A program made the position numbers and the translations under genes. DNA of 64,000 nt from Trichosphaerium sp. ATCC 40318 (taxonomy: Eukaryota; Protista; Tubulinea): assembly GCA_038496445.1 (NCBI GenBank), contig JALMLS010000074.1, forward strand, positions 62,001-126,000. The letters are read 5' to 3'. The notes under the pieces were generated by a model. The model saw only the letters and a list, made by a program, of their open reading frames with translations. It searched no databases and was not told where the DNA came from. Numbering within the stretch: the first letter of the stretch is position 1; each line of letters begins with the position of its first letter. Shown here one piece after another: positions 50,292 through 62,774 of this stretch.

Positions 50292-50694
50292 GTCTTAGAT
50301 GAAAAACACTCGGATTATCTTCAACTAGAACTGCGTAAATTACAACCTTTTTTGTGGATGTAATTTAGCGCCACGGAAGTTGTTGAACTGTTCTTACTCT
50401 TTATACCTTACGCTCCTATTCCACTACAACTTATGCGTTGTTCTATACCATAGTAATACGATGTAAATGCAAGGTTTAGGACCTGAACAGACTTTTTTTG
50501 TTGGTCGTTAAGTTTCTCGTACGTTTAAAGCGCAATTTTGGTAGGGTGTTCACTGAATACTACTCACACATTTACGCAGCCTAAATCGTTTGATCATGAA
50601 GCACTGCTTCATGTGCACTAAAATAGATTGTAGTAAACAATAAAAGATTTTCATAGACAACTTTTCAAAGAGGCTTTGTAAATGCCTTATTTAT

Positions 50695-53016
50695 CTATAT
50701 AATATCCGCCATTGGAGGGTACAAGTTAGGCGCAGTTGGGCACTTTGTTTCGACTTTTGTTGAGTGGTATAAAGATTGAACCCACTCAGTCAAGTTCGCT
50801 TTCATTTGCTCAAAGATTACAGGATATTTCAAAGAAATATCTGTTGTCTCTGCCAAGTCGGCATCCAAGTCATATAAAGCAGGTTTGCATACATCTCCAA
50901 CGCATGATTTTGAATCATTGACAAGCTTCCATTTTCCATAACGCCAACCTAAACCAATACGGCCGTGCCACCACCATCCCATACCACGATCTATTTACAA
51001 AGTTAGTACTCGACTTTACGAAAAATCCAAGAAAACTAAAAAATCAAGTTAGTGTACTGTTGTACCTGGGAATTCTTCTCCTCGTATCAAAGGCATGATG
51101 CTTGTGCCATCCATAGCCCAGTCTTTTTGATCTTCAGGTCTTTCAACCTTTAAAATATCCATGACAGTAGGCAAGAAATCAATAGTATTGACCTTAATAG
51201 CACATGTTAACAAAAGAAAAATAAAAAGGAGATTATTTGATGTCCAGGTAAACGTACAGGAGTATTTGGTACAACTCTATTTTTCTTAATCATCGCAGGC
51301 CATTCTATAATACCGGCAACTAAAAAAAATTAACATACGCCAGCGTTTAGTTGGAAGATGATAAGAAAAAAAAAACTGAGTTGTTTTTTGCTTGCCTCGA
51401 TGTCCGCCTTCCCACGTGTCACGTTTTCTTCCACGTAAACCTTTAGACGATCCAGGGAATGATTTATAATGTACTTCTTCGCAATTTCCATCATTACAAT
51501 TTCCTTCTGGTCCATTGTCGCTGGTAAACCAAATCATCGTATTATCTGCATATCCTTTTGTTTTTAGAAGCCTTCTAATCCTTCCAATCTGTTCATCAAG
51601 TTCAACAGTTGCACCGTAATAATCAAGTTGAGCGCTTGAGTAATCTCCTTTTGGGCATGTTTTGCCATCAGCGCAGTCTTGGCGAGTCTGGTTTTCTTAA
51701 CAAAGGAGTGAGTATGACACTACCAAAACAATGCGTGAGTTGCGAAAACTACAGTTAACGCATTGCTTTACAAACAAACGATAAACCATAAGTAAAATTA
51801 CCTGCTATGTACGGGATGTGGTTGTTGTGGAACCAAATCATACCCAAGAATGGGTCGCCATTCCTTTGTGTTAAGAAAGATTCAAAAGAGTCTACAAGAT
51901 ACTCTGCATCATTTTTACCCACTGGGACTGATGAATTGAATACGTTCTCCTTGGCTGTAGAATTCTCCCACCAGTAGTTACAACAATCTCTTAACCTAAA
52001 TAATCCTTTAAAAACACGTGACAGAAAAAGTCGAAAGACAATTCTTTGGGGATTGAAATTGTGCACTTTTCTACTAACTTTTTTTCAGTTTTGAAAGTAA
52101 CTTACCTGTAGTCTCTAGGGTGATCATTAATGTAGTGTCCAAACATACAATCTTTCTTCCACTCGTCCTTACAATTACAGTTCGTTGTGGCAGTAGGTGC
52201 TACTTCTTGTGTCATATTGAAATGATCGAAACCATGTACTACAGGAGACGAAGGATACTTTACATCGGCGTCATCAAAGAAATCTCCCAAATGCCATTTC
52301 CCAAATATTGCTGAGCGATAATTAGCGTTAGCTTTTCTCACCGCGTCAGCAGCAGTGAAAACCTTTGGATTAGGTCCACCAAACGGCATATTAGCCTAAG
52401 TAGCAGTTAACAACAAGCGCTTTTCAGGCTTCTTCGTACTCTGCATATGGTTGGATCAGTACATCCATAAACAAAGTATACACAATCCCTAACGTGGTTT
52501 CTACCTGTGAGTACAGTAGCACGTGTAGGTGAGCAGACAGTACCACCTTTAAAAGAGAGTAAATTAAACAGAACGGAAAAGTCCAAAGAAAAAAAAAATA
52601 GACGGAATAGTCATTTGCCCTTTCCATGTGAAGGAAAAAAACCGTTCGTCGTTTCGTTAATGTCAACAACGAGTTAGGTATGTGAGCACCGTAAGAAAGC
52701 GAATTTGACGTCCATGGAATACAAAAGAGAGCGTACCACTATGAAAATCTACAAAAAACAGTTTAGTAACGATTTACAGCTTTCACGTGCGCCTAACCGG
52801 CGTTTTTTTGTAGATTTGTTGGAACGTACCCAAAAATTGTATTGAGCTGTCTGCGGTAGCGAACGCGTCAATATTTGGCGTCTTAACTATCCCGTTGTTA
52901 TACCCAAAGTCAGACCATCCCATATCATCTACCAAAATGAAAAGAAACGACGGTTTCTGCGCTGCATGCAAGGCACAGAAACCCAGTAATAGTGTCAATG
53001 CTACTATAGAGCGCAT
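50695..53016 (-). CDS. Secreted type I (formylglycine-dependent) sulfatase, arylsulfatase-like
   Basis: Signal peptide; FILVDDMGWSDFG; TPNID; CSPTRATVLTGR; FGKWHLG; FTSDNGP; LRGRKRDTWEGGHRV; LYDLDADLAE. Confidence 0.95.
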
Positions 53017-53499
53017 AACCTTTTTAGTATACTTGTTTTGAAGGAGGTCTAAGCCAAGTTAACTTAATACAACGTAGACTTGAGCTCTTGAGACTACCGA
53101 CTTTTGACACTTGGTATGGCAATTCGTATCCAATGAGAATTTATTTAATAAAGCACCAACTGATGTACATTTTGTTGGCGGAAGCCCAAATAGTTTTTGT
53201 CTGTACTCTCGTATGAGGTATTCATTCTCATACCAAGGCTCTCCAACCACTTCTATACATGTGTTCCACACCATATTCAGTAAACTTACTAAGACCGACA
53301 GGCAGGTTGCTAGAATAAAATTATCGTATCTATAGAGGATGGATATCTGACATACAAGGATAAAAACAAAGTTGGTATATACCCTATTTGGCTGTATTAC
53401 CCAAGGTACTCATTTATTATACTAGCAGATACTTCAAAAATATGATATTTATTACAATAAAACATTATCTGTTCTTAGTGACATCAAGTTATACCTCAA

Positions 53500-56400
53500 T
53501 CAGTTATCCTTTAAAATTGATACTTTAACAGCAGCAACATCCTCAATGGACTCAGTAACTATGTTACCTATTATCGAAGATATAGACGCCAAGGTCTCCT
53601 AAAAAATACATATGTTAGGTTTGGACTACACGTGCAAAACGTACATCATTATCAGCGTCACTTTCAATTGAAGAAGCTTTTACAGATACAAGAATTTTTA
53701 ACTGAATACCATAGTTGTTAAGTCTTGATCCGAACTTCAATAAGCGATCTCTGTACGCAGGATTCACTCCAGCTACTCGCGTTGCCAAATTCTTTAAATA
53801 TTTTTGGTATGCTTTAATACATTGCGCAACACGTCTTGCAGCTTTTACCATACCCTATTTTGTACTGTAAGGCAAAAATAAGACTTAAAAAACTCGCTCT
53901 ACGTGCCTCTTTATCACCATCTCTAGCAGCCTTTGCAAGTGCTTGCAATGCATCAGCGAGGTCCTCTGCTTCTGCAATCTTAACATTACGATTAATCGCA
54001 TTGCGGACTTGCTGCGCAGCGCTATCTATCGCGTTTTCAAACCCTCCACTGTTTGTAGATGGTGCTTTAGGAGTTCTAGGCGTTTGAGCTGGGCTTGTAT
54101 TGTCATTACCCAACATATCTACAGCAGTATCTCTAAAATCTGATACAGCACAATGAAGTTTCTAATATAACAGTAAGCACAAGCAGAAAAGTGTTTTCGT
54201 ACATCACTATCTGTACCAGTAAGCTTAGCCTTGCTGACACCTTTATATTTTGCCATTGGAGCCATAACAGCCGCTGCTTGAGCACCAGCACTAGTACAGA
54301 GTAAGTATAACACGTAATCGATTTTTATGTATCACATACCGCATCAATGCATCCTTACTGTTGCCTTGAAGTACATTCTGAAGTTTATCAAGCAAATCAT
54401 AAACTTTATCTGTTTTTGTTGCAACAGCGATGGAGTCTTCTTTTTTGGACTTGTTTAGATCACGCATAGCTTCATCTATTTCACCAGATAGTTTCTTCTA
54501 AAAATAAACGTAAGACAACCAGACAAAATGAGAAAGTTTTGGGAAAGTGAAAAAATACGGTTAGTTCAAGTTTCGTACCATAAGATTCTTCTTACTTATT
54601 GTCATCGGCACTGATCGTACATACTGATTAACAGTATCTGTTACATCGTTGGTATGGTCTTTTAGAACACATATAGGTGTTTTTACATCAGCACCAGCAC
54701 GATTTGCTTTTTTGACATCTAGAGTTTATTTTTAGCTGTACGAGGTTTCTTTATTGATAGTACCTCCACAATCACCCTTTGCTCGAATAATTTTAGTTAG
54801 TAAATCATCAGGAGCAAAAAGATTTTTTGCTAGCTGAAGTGGGTATCGCATTCTAAAAGGCAGAATAAAGTGAGAAAAAAAATTAACAAAGAGAAAAGTA
54901 GTACTTGTCTGCATCTTCAACGAAAATATCTTTGTTATCCCTGTTATTTGGGTTTTTGATTGCTCCCTTAGCAGCATTAACTGCAGTTTGAATAAGGCCA
55001 GGAACAGGTTTCAATATCTAAGAGAAATATTAGGAAACCACTCAATTCTAATGTCTAAGTTTACGTACGTCTTGCAATTTGCGCTTCAAGTCATGATCAG
55101 GTTGTGATATAACCATCTCTTGTAATGCCTTTGTCTTGGCTACCAAATCTTTAACATCTTCAGAAAGTCCTGGGGCAGTAGGACGATGACGAACACCATC
55201 CTGGAGCCTTTGTTTTGAATTAATTAGAAAGTTCTTACATCAAAACTGCATACCTATTCAGAGCCTCATTAACATCATCTATAGCCTTAACATGTGGTGC
55301 AGTAGAATCATTTAATGCATTATCTGTTGCTTTTTTCAATTTATTTGCCCAGTTATTAAAGTTGTTATTTGTCGTTTTGTCTTTTGGGTTATTCATCATG
55401 TTTCGTTTACCAACATTAAATTTCTTTGCGAATAAAATAAGAATGTGAAGGTTTGCTAATGATGTATTTCACTTACCTTCCATAGATTTTTCAACTCTGC
55501 CATTGGATCTACGTTATCACCAACTCCTCCGGAAGGGCCCTTACGACGCCTTCTAATTCGTTTCATGAGGTTGTCGCCAGCATTTTGTAAATCTCTAAAA
55601 CCCTTTCGCAACCTTATGCAACATAAGTTTTTTGTTGAACTTCAATTTAACGTACTGATCGTTATCTCCAAGTCTAGCAGCACCTCTTATTCTATCCAAT
55701 GCCTCATCCATTTCTTTTTTAAGTTGGACTTCAGATTTAGGTTGTACAGCTTCAATAGCGCGGTCAGCTGCTTTTTTGATATCTCTGATGTAGTCACCAA
55801 CTTCTTTGATATCCTGTACTTTAACAGGAGGATCTACAACCTTCTTGGTTGCTTTAATCGCCTATTACAACATCATTAAGCATTAAATCAGTATCATCAT
55901 TGTTACTTACCTCTGGTGTTAGTTGTCGTACTTCATTTACAGCTGCATCGAGAGTTTTAGCATCTATTGGGTCGATAATGTTTGTATTGGTTCGTAATTT
56001 ATTTGCTTGATCCTTCAAGTTTGAAGCGGCATCAATAAGATCCTTAGCATGAAGAAGTGCCATAGGTTTATTTGTATGTGCTGCAGCACTACCTAATTCA
56101 TCGGCAGCAGCTTTAACAGCCTTTACTACAAGTTAATACAATAAAACAAAGCAAATAGAGTATTTTGTTACCTCAGCAGCACGTATCACTCCATCAGGTT
56201 TATCAGTAGTGAAAGCATCCGACAGTGTTGCTAAAGGCGCTTGTAAAGCGTCAATTACTGCTTGGTTAGGTGCTCTATTTGCTTTTGCAGACGTCTTGAT
56301 TTTTGGAAGCTATTAAAGAGAAAAGATTTAATATGATGTTATCAAAAAACGTGATGATGTATTACCAGTTCGTTGATTTCATTTATTGCGCAAGTAAGTT

Positions 56401-57609
56401 CGTTAGTTGGTTTGCTTGATGGCAATTGAGGTACATCTCTTGTTTAATAGGTTATTAGTAAAACGTTTTAAAGAGCAAACACGAACCCAAGAGTGTCAAG
56501 CAAGTCCTTGGCATCGAGCATTAAATTTTTTAATGTATCAATATCACCTGATACTTTTTGAGCTTTTTCAGGGTTGTTTGGATCCATAAGTAGTTGATTT
56601 ACATCATTGATTGTATCTTCAGTAGCTGGGCGAATCTTTGAAGCTAAATACCTGAGCTTTTTAGCAACACCTGGAGGTTCATTTTCAGCACGTTCCTTCA
56701 GAGAAAAAATAAGTCAAAAAAAAATTACAACATTTCGAAAAAACAAAAAATGGAAGCAATGACACGTACATCCAATAAGTTTGCTAATCGCGTTGCTTGT
56801 TTTCCAAGCTGTGTTGCAATACCAGCAAGTTTATTTGGATTTGTAGAAGCAAGAGTTGGATCTAAATCACCAAAAGTTTCACCAATCTGATCAATAGTAG
56901 CCGTGACTTTACGCATTTCTGCTCCGTAAACAATTTGCAATAACTTAATAGTTTTACCGCAAAGCACTCTACATGCATCAGTGACAACAGGCCAAGCCTA
57001 AATAGAAGGTTAGCGTTAATACGTTCAAAAAAAGAAGGTAAAGAATTGTTGTTTTCCGTTCTCGGTTCTAACTTCCGAAAAGCATATAAACGTACTCTCT
57101 TAGTGTCTGATGCTCCATTGAGGTTGTTAACAGCGTTTATTAGTGAATCTGTTGAAGGCCACGTTTAGTGAAAAAAACACGAGTTTGTTGTTGTAATACG
57201 TACTCGTGGCTTGTTCCGAAGTATCAGCTGCTTCCCGAATTTCTTTTTGTAGGTTGGGAAACACTACGTAATTTTTTTCAGCTAGAGTACGAGCACAACC
57301 AACCAGCGCCGCTATAGTATGTTAATTGGGCGTAGAGGAAACGTTTTAGCTTTTCCTAAAGCAGAAACAACTACATCGCTAGTTATTGCTTGCAAAATAT
57401 ACGTACTGGCTGTTCTGATAACAATTTTGGTAGCAGGTCCAAGTTCTGGAGGGTTTTGTACATTTTGATCTTGTAACGTAACAACCAATAGTACTAGTTC
57501 TGAAATACCTTCTGAAAGATCTTCGACGATTTTTTGAACTAGCGCGAAACAAGGTTATTATTTGCAATTTCAAAACCTGTTTAGTACCTATCAATGCGAC
57601 AGTTGTCAT
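53500..57609 (-). CDS. Vinculin/alpha-catenin family protein; more than 20 exons
   Basis: N-terminal helical bundles (ISELVLLVV...), repeated bundles ending in DP.N/NP.D turns, short Pro linker (TSPAQTPRTP), tail with MVKAARRVA and QLKILVSVKA (vinculin tail QLKILSTVKA). Confidence 0.85.
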
Positions 57610-58001
57610 TTAAGTGTGCGTGAGGAGGTGTTATAAAGTGAAGCGGTGTGTTTTCATGACTTGTTTTACATCTTTTTATTGGTCGAATTATTGCCCAAAT
57701 TAATACGGCGAAGTTATCGATAGTGCGCGTATTTAACACGTATTAGTATACTGTTGGGCGTATAATTGGGAACAAAGGTGTCACTTGTCTGTAAGTTACC
57801 GTCATTACGTAAAGCAAGTATTCACGCGAATACTGCGAAAATACGCTCGCTGTACCGATACTAGCCAATCAGTCAAGTAAATTGTTAAGCCATTTTCCAA
57901 CCAACGAGCTAGTTGATACAATAGTTCCCTCACTGCTATCCCACACTCACACTCGATCCACTATTTATTTTTAGAGGCGCAACTCGTAAAACATTGCAAA
58001 G
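57610..58001. promoter_or_regulatory. Probable bidirectional promoter between vinculin-like and C2-LRR genes
   Basis: Divergent ATGs about 390 bp apart; CpG-richer; CCAAT box agccaatcag at about 57862-57871. Confidence 0.45.
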
Positions 58002-61000
58002 ATGATGAACGTGAAGGTTAACCTGCACGCCGCGCGCAATTTGCGTATGCCAGCGGGTACGTTACTTAAAAAAAACATTTTCTTACCTATTATACTCTTT
58101 ACTCCGGTATGTACGCTACATACTACCCAGAGTACTGCGTACAGTCAAACTACAAGTTTTTCTGAAGTCACCCTTCTTATATTGCGTTATAGCGTGCTAT
58201 GCTGTTATGCAAGTGGGAGACCAAAAGAAGCGCTCTAAAAGCAGTAAAAAATCGGACTCACCGCGTTGGATACCAGAACAGAAAGTCATACTCGATTTTT
58301 GTAACCACTTGATACTCACTATCAATCTATGGGGTTCTCACAAGAAATTCCTTGGTCACGTTAAAATCGATATGGCAAGCGTCAAATTAAATACTGCACC
58401 AGTATGGTACGTTAAATGTTTACTAGTGTTCATTTGAGTGATAAGTAAAACACTATAAACGCGTTTAGTTTGGAATTAAATTAATTTACGAAAAAATAGG
58501 ATAAAACTACAAAATCATCCTTCAAAGTCTTCTATATTTATTACAGGTGATATCTGTCTATCATTTCAAACACCAAATACAAGTATGACCCTCAGGTATG
58601 TCAAACGAGTTGATTCAAGGCCTACAGGTATTGGCCAAGCGTCAAAACATTTAAGAGAAAAAAAAACTTTTCAATTTATTTTTTTTTTTATTCGGTCTCC
58701 CGTCGACCATTATTTATTTTATGCCTACTGATTCTTCTGGATTACTGTTACTATCTATATTATATTATGTATTGGTTATAAACACTTATGTATGCTATAT
58801 TTAAAGCGTTATTACAATGTTGTTAAACCACTTTAGGAACTTTAATCAAAGAAAGCACAGAAAATTTTCAAGAGTAGAAAAAAAAGTATCTAAAGGCGAC
58901 AAGGCAGTTAAGAATCTTGTAAGACAGGCCAAGCTAAATGGTATGTATAAGTGCATCGTAAACAAACAATAACGAGGCTTCTGTAGGGCATATACTAAGC
59001 GCACAAGGCAGAGGCTTAACTAAGGTAAAAATATTTCAATTTCAAAAAAAAAATTTACTCATTTTATTTCTTTCCTTCTCACTACATCTAGATTCCTCGG
59101 GAAGTTCTAGAAGTAAAGCAATGGGTAGAGTTAGATTTATCTTCCAATTTGATAAACGAATGGCCTGTAGTAGGTACGTGGTAGCGTAAATAGTTTTGTT
59201 TTTTGTATTGTCTTGATGGAGTGAAACAATAAAATTGACAATTTTGTGTAGATGTATATAGAGATCTAGACCATCTGATACTCTCTGGAAATAAACTGAA
59301 GTCTATTGGACCATCAATAGGCCGCTTGACTAATTTAAAGACATTACACATAAATGGCAATCTATTAGAACGCTTACCACCTGATATTGGTAAACTTCAT
59401 CAACTCACAATCCTTGATTTACAAAACAACAAACTATTGAGCCTACCACGTGAGATAGGAGACCTAAGATCTCTGGAGGAGTTCACATTATCTGGAAATC
59501 CGCTTATCCAAGTACCCAAGGAAATGGGTGCGTCCAAGGACCTTCACACCTTTTTATTTGTTACTGCTGTTAACTTTTAATTTATAGGAAAATTGAAACG
59601 TCTTCAATTGCTGGACTTATCTTGTTGTAGTCTAAGCACGCTTCCACCAGAATTTTGCCAAATGTCATCCTTGTTGGACCTTAATTTAGGTAGAAATCAG
59701 TTGACAAGTTTACCAAACACATGGGACACTATGTCTCGCTTGGTAGTTCTTAAACTGGATGGAAATCAAATTAACAGGTGGGTGTTATTTTTTTTTACAC
59801 CTTGTGTTTGAAGAGTAGTTTCTTATCTTAATGACCTTGTCTTCTAGGATTCCAATAACACTTGGTGCTTGTTGTCATATTAGCCAAATTTTATTGGATG
59901 GTAATCCTATTGAAGACGAAAAGTTAATGGCACAATATAGTATAAGTTCAGAGCATATGATGCGGTACAAGACTAGAAAGTTTCTCAATACTCATTCATA
60001 TGCTAGGTACTGGGAGAATGAGTACTTTTCATGGAAACAACATCAAAAAAGGAAGGAACGAAAAAAACAGTACGTTTTAGCTTTCCAAAACGGAGGCTTC
60101 GTTCTCAAACGTAACAAGTATTTTTTATTCATGAAATTCTTTAGACAAAGGCAAGGAGACCTTGAGCGTTCAGGCTCACCAAAAAAAAATTTATCTCCTC
60201 GAAGTTTATCAAAAAACCCTGCAAGGAGAAAATCAACGAGACTTAGCGGATCTCCAAAAAAAAAGTTGGGCGTAAATCGGCGAAAATCTGGATCTCATGT
60301 TAAGAGATCAGCTTCTCCTATAAGAGTAACAGATGCTGATTCTATATCTAAAGTTGGAAGAAAACCTCGCTCTATGCCGAGCTTACCGTACCTCTATATA
60401 ACCTCATATATATCGATGATTTTTTTTGAACTTCTTTTTTTTTCAAAGTCCGATTATGCGGTTATGTATTGGTTTCTTTTTTTTTTTTTCCAGATTTTTG
60501 TGTTGTCGTTTTAAGGGCTCTATGTTGACGTGTTATTTTATAGACAAGATGCTATAGGCAGGAAGCCAAAGTCACGGTTAAGTGTTTCTGATGGCGTTAA
60601 GAAAAGTCCAAGACGAAACTCAGAAAGGATGCCAAGAATACAAATATCAGCAAACCAACCAAAGTCAAAGTACGATTGTTTTTTTTTGTATTTTTTTGTT
60701 TTCACTAACTTATTAACGTAGCTCTGCACCTGGATCTCCTAGGTCACCTAAGAGAGGGGCATTACCTCCAGAGAAGTATAAACGTCTTGTTGAAGCTTCT
60801 GCAAATATTGTAAGGACACTACTAGCAAAGATTGAAATAATAGCAGCAATGACTGACAAGGTAAGCGTGGGTTTTTTTTTTGAAGATTTCTTTGTTCAAA
60901 AGATTACTTATGTTTGTTTCTTTTAGACTGATGATGTTCCATCTTGTTTGCCTATTGCTAGAATAATATCTGGTGTTCAAAAGCATTTAGATACTATTGT

Positions 61001-61384
61001 TATATACATACAACCTATTGTACAAGTTCCTGTGCCTATACCTACCTCAAACCAAAGTCAATTTATGCGTCTTAAGCAACTCACACTATCCAAGTACGTG
61101 TTTAAACTTTTTGCGTTGGTTTTATGAAATACTTGCTGTGGACCGTCTTTGCTGTGTAACCTCACAACAGAAGTGCCTCCTATAAGACATTACGGTTGTA
61201 TTGTTGAAAGTTTGAAAAATGTTTTTACTGAAAAAAACCAACACGTGCTTACCTCTTTAGATCAAAACAGAATATTGAGATTGTAAAACGTATGCAGGAG
61301 ATATTAATGGCAGAACCATCAATACAGCATCTATCACTTATTGCACGTACAGCAAAGCAAGCGTTGGAATCGTTGAATGTGTAA
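58002..61384 (+). CDS. C2-domain plus leucine-rich-repeat protein with basic SP-rich region and helical C-terminus
   Basis: VKVNLHAARNL...SPRW...KFLGHVKID...ITGDICL (C2); repeats such as LKTLHINGNLLERLPPDIGKLHQLTILDLQNNKLLSLPREIG (LRR). Confidence 0.88.
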
Positions 61385-61836
61385 TAAAGAAAAGCGTAAA
61401 TAATATTTCTCTCTTTTTTTGATCCAACTGCTTGCCAAGATATGCAACTAACTTGTAAGGTTAATCACTTTGAATTACGCTCTTTAAAATACAGGAGTAG
61501 AAACATATAAGATCATATACGAATAGACATGAACCAAAAAAACTTGCAAAAAAAGCATGTACACTTTTCTTATGATATTTTGACAACAAAGGAAGCGGGT
61601 TGTGAAAAACAATTATTGTGTGTAGCTAAATGGAGAATAAGTAGCATTTTTGGGAAGTTCGAAAAATGATTCGGAAGTACAACTTTTCAACGAACCAATT
61701 TTTTTTTGGAAGAAATTACTCTCTTTTTCGAAAAATAATAAATTTCTTGGGTGACACGAAACGTTACATTTAACAAAAACTCAACACATTAAACAACAAC
61801 TAACAATCCTTACTATATACAACGATTAAACCAACA

Positions 61837-62340
61837 ATGACAACCCTTATCAAAACACCAACAGTAACAGAAGAATCTTGGTCCGCATATGAAAGCGTTA
61901 AGCGTAACCGTAAATCTAAGCACCTTGCTGCTGTTTTTGGCTTAAATGAAGACGAATCGGAAATAAAACTCGTCGGGACAGTATCTATCAACGATCCTAC
62001 GCCGTGGAAGAAGTTTATGGCATTTTTCGACGACCAACAACTCCGTTGGAGTGTTTTCAACATTAGGTATAAAACAAACGATGGAGGTATCAGAGAGAGG
62101 TTCGCTGTCCTCAGGTGGGTTCCAGATAAGCTTACAAGGTCTACTCACAAAGAAACAATCCGTGTGAAGTCAAGTGGAGTGATGTTTGGATCAAAAATCC
62201 AAGGACGTGCAACAGATGATGCAGCTATTAAAGTACAAGCAAATGACCAAGGTGATCTTGAGCTTGATAATATTATGGAGATAATTACAAAGCGTGATAG
62301 AGATCCAATGGATCCTTCAAGCATTGACTATCTAAGATAA
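61837..62340 (+). CDS. Divergent intronless ADF-H (cofilin/actophorin-like) protein
   Basis: AYESVKRNRK...VFGL..D...I; W..F...F.....RWSVFNIRYKTNDGGIRERFAVLRWVPD; KVQAND..DLELD. Confidence 0.85.
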   Translation: MTTLIKTPTVTEESWSAYESVKRNRKSKHLAAVFGLNEDESEIKLVGTVSINDPTPWKKFMAFFDDQQLRWSVFNIRYKTNDGGIRERFAVLRWVPDKLTRSTHKETIRVKSSGVMFGSKIQGRATDDAAIKVQANDQGDLELDNIMEIITKRDRDPMDPSSIDYLR

Positions 62341-62774
62341 ACAAAAGACGACAAAACTTGTTTTTTTTTAAATGCTTGTAAGTTGGCACACGTGTCAACC
62401 ATCGTGTCAACCATCATAATAAAATGACCCAAAACTCTTTATAATTTGCTTCGTTTTTACTTTGACAAGAGGTTATAGTCACGGCGTATGAGAGCGTATT
62501 CTCTAAAAGAGTAAAGTTAAAATGAAATCTTGTTTTTTTTAAACTTTACTGTCACGTGCTTGCCTAGCAATGATCATACGCTTGTTGGAATATTTCCACA
62601 GACATAAATGTGATGCCTATGTTATCACTCACAGCCAGTTTGAAGTACTAGTTTGGCCTGTGCGAAAAATTTGAAATTTCTGGATGTAAACTTGTTGATG
62701 AGTAATCGAGAATTCTGCAGACCTGTAATCCCTTTTCATATTTCGTGCTAATAACCCATTTCCACACTAATACT

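Noticed and set aside
53059-53335. Small ORFs between the sulfatase and vinculin-like genes
   Set aside because: No recognisable motif or convincing splice model; likely promoter/UTR
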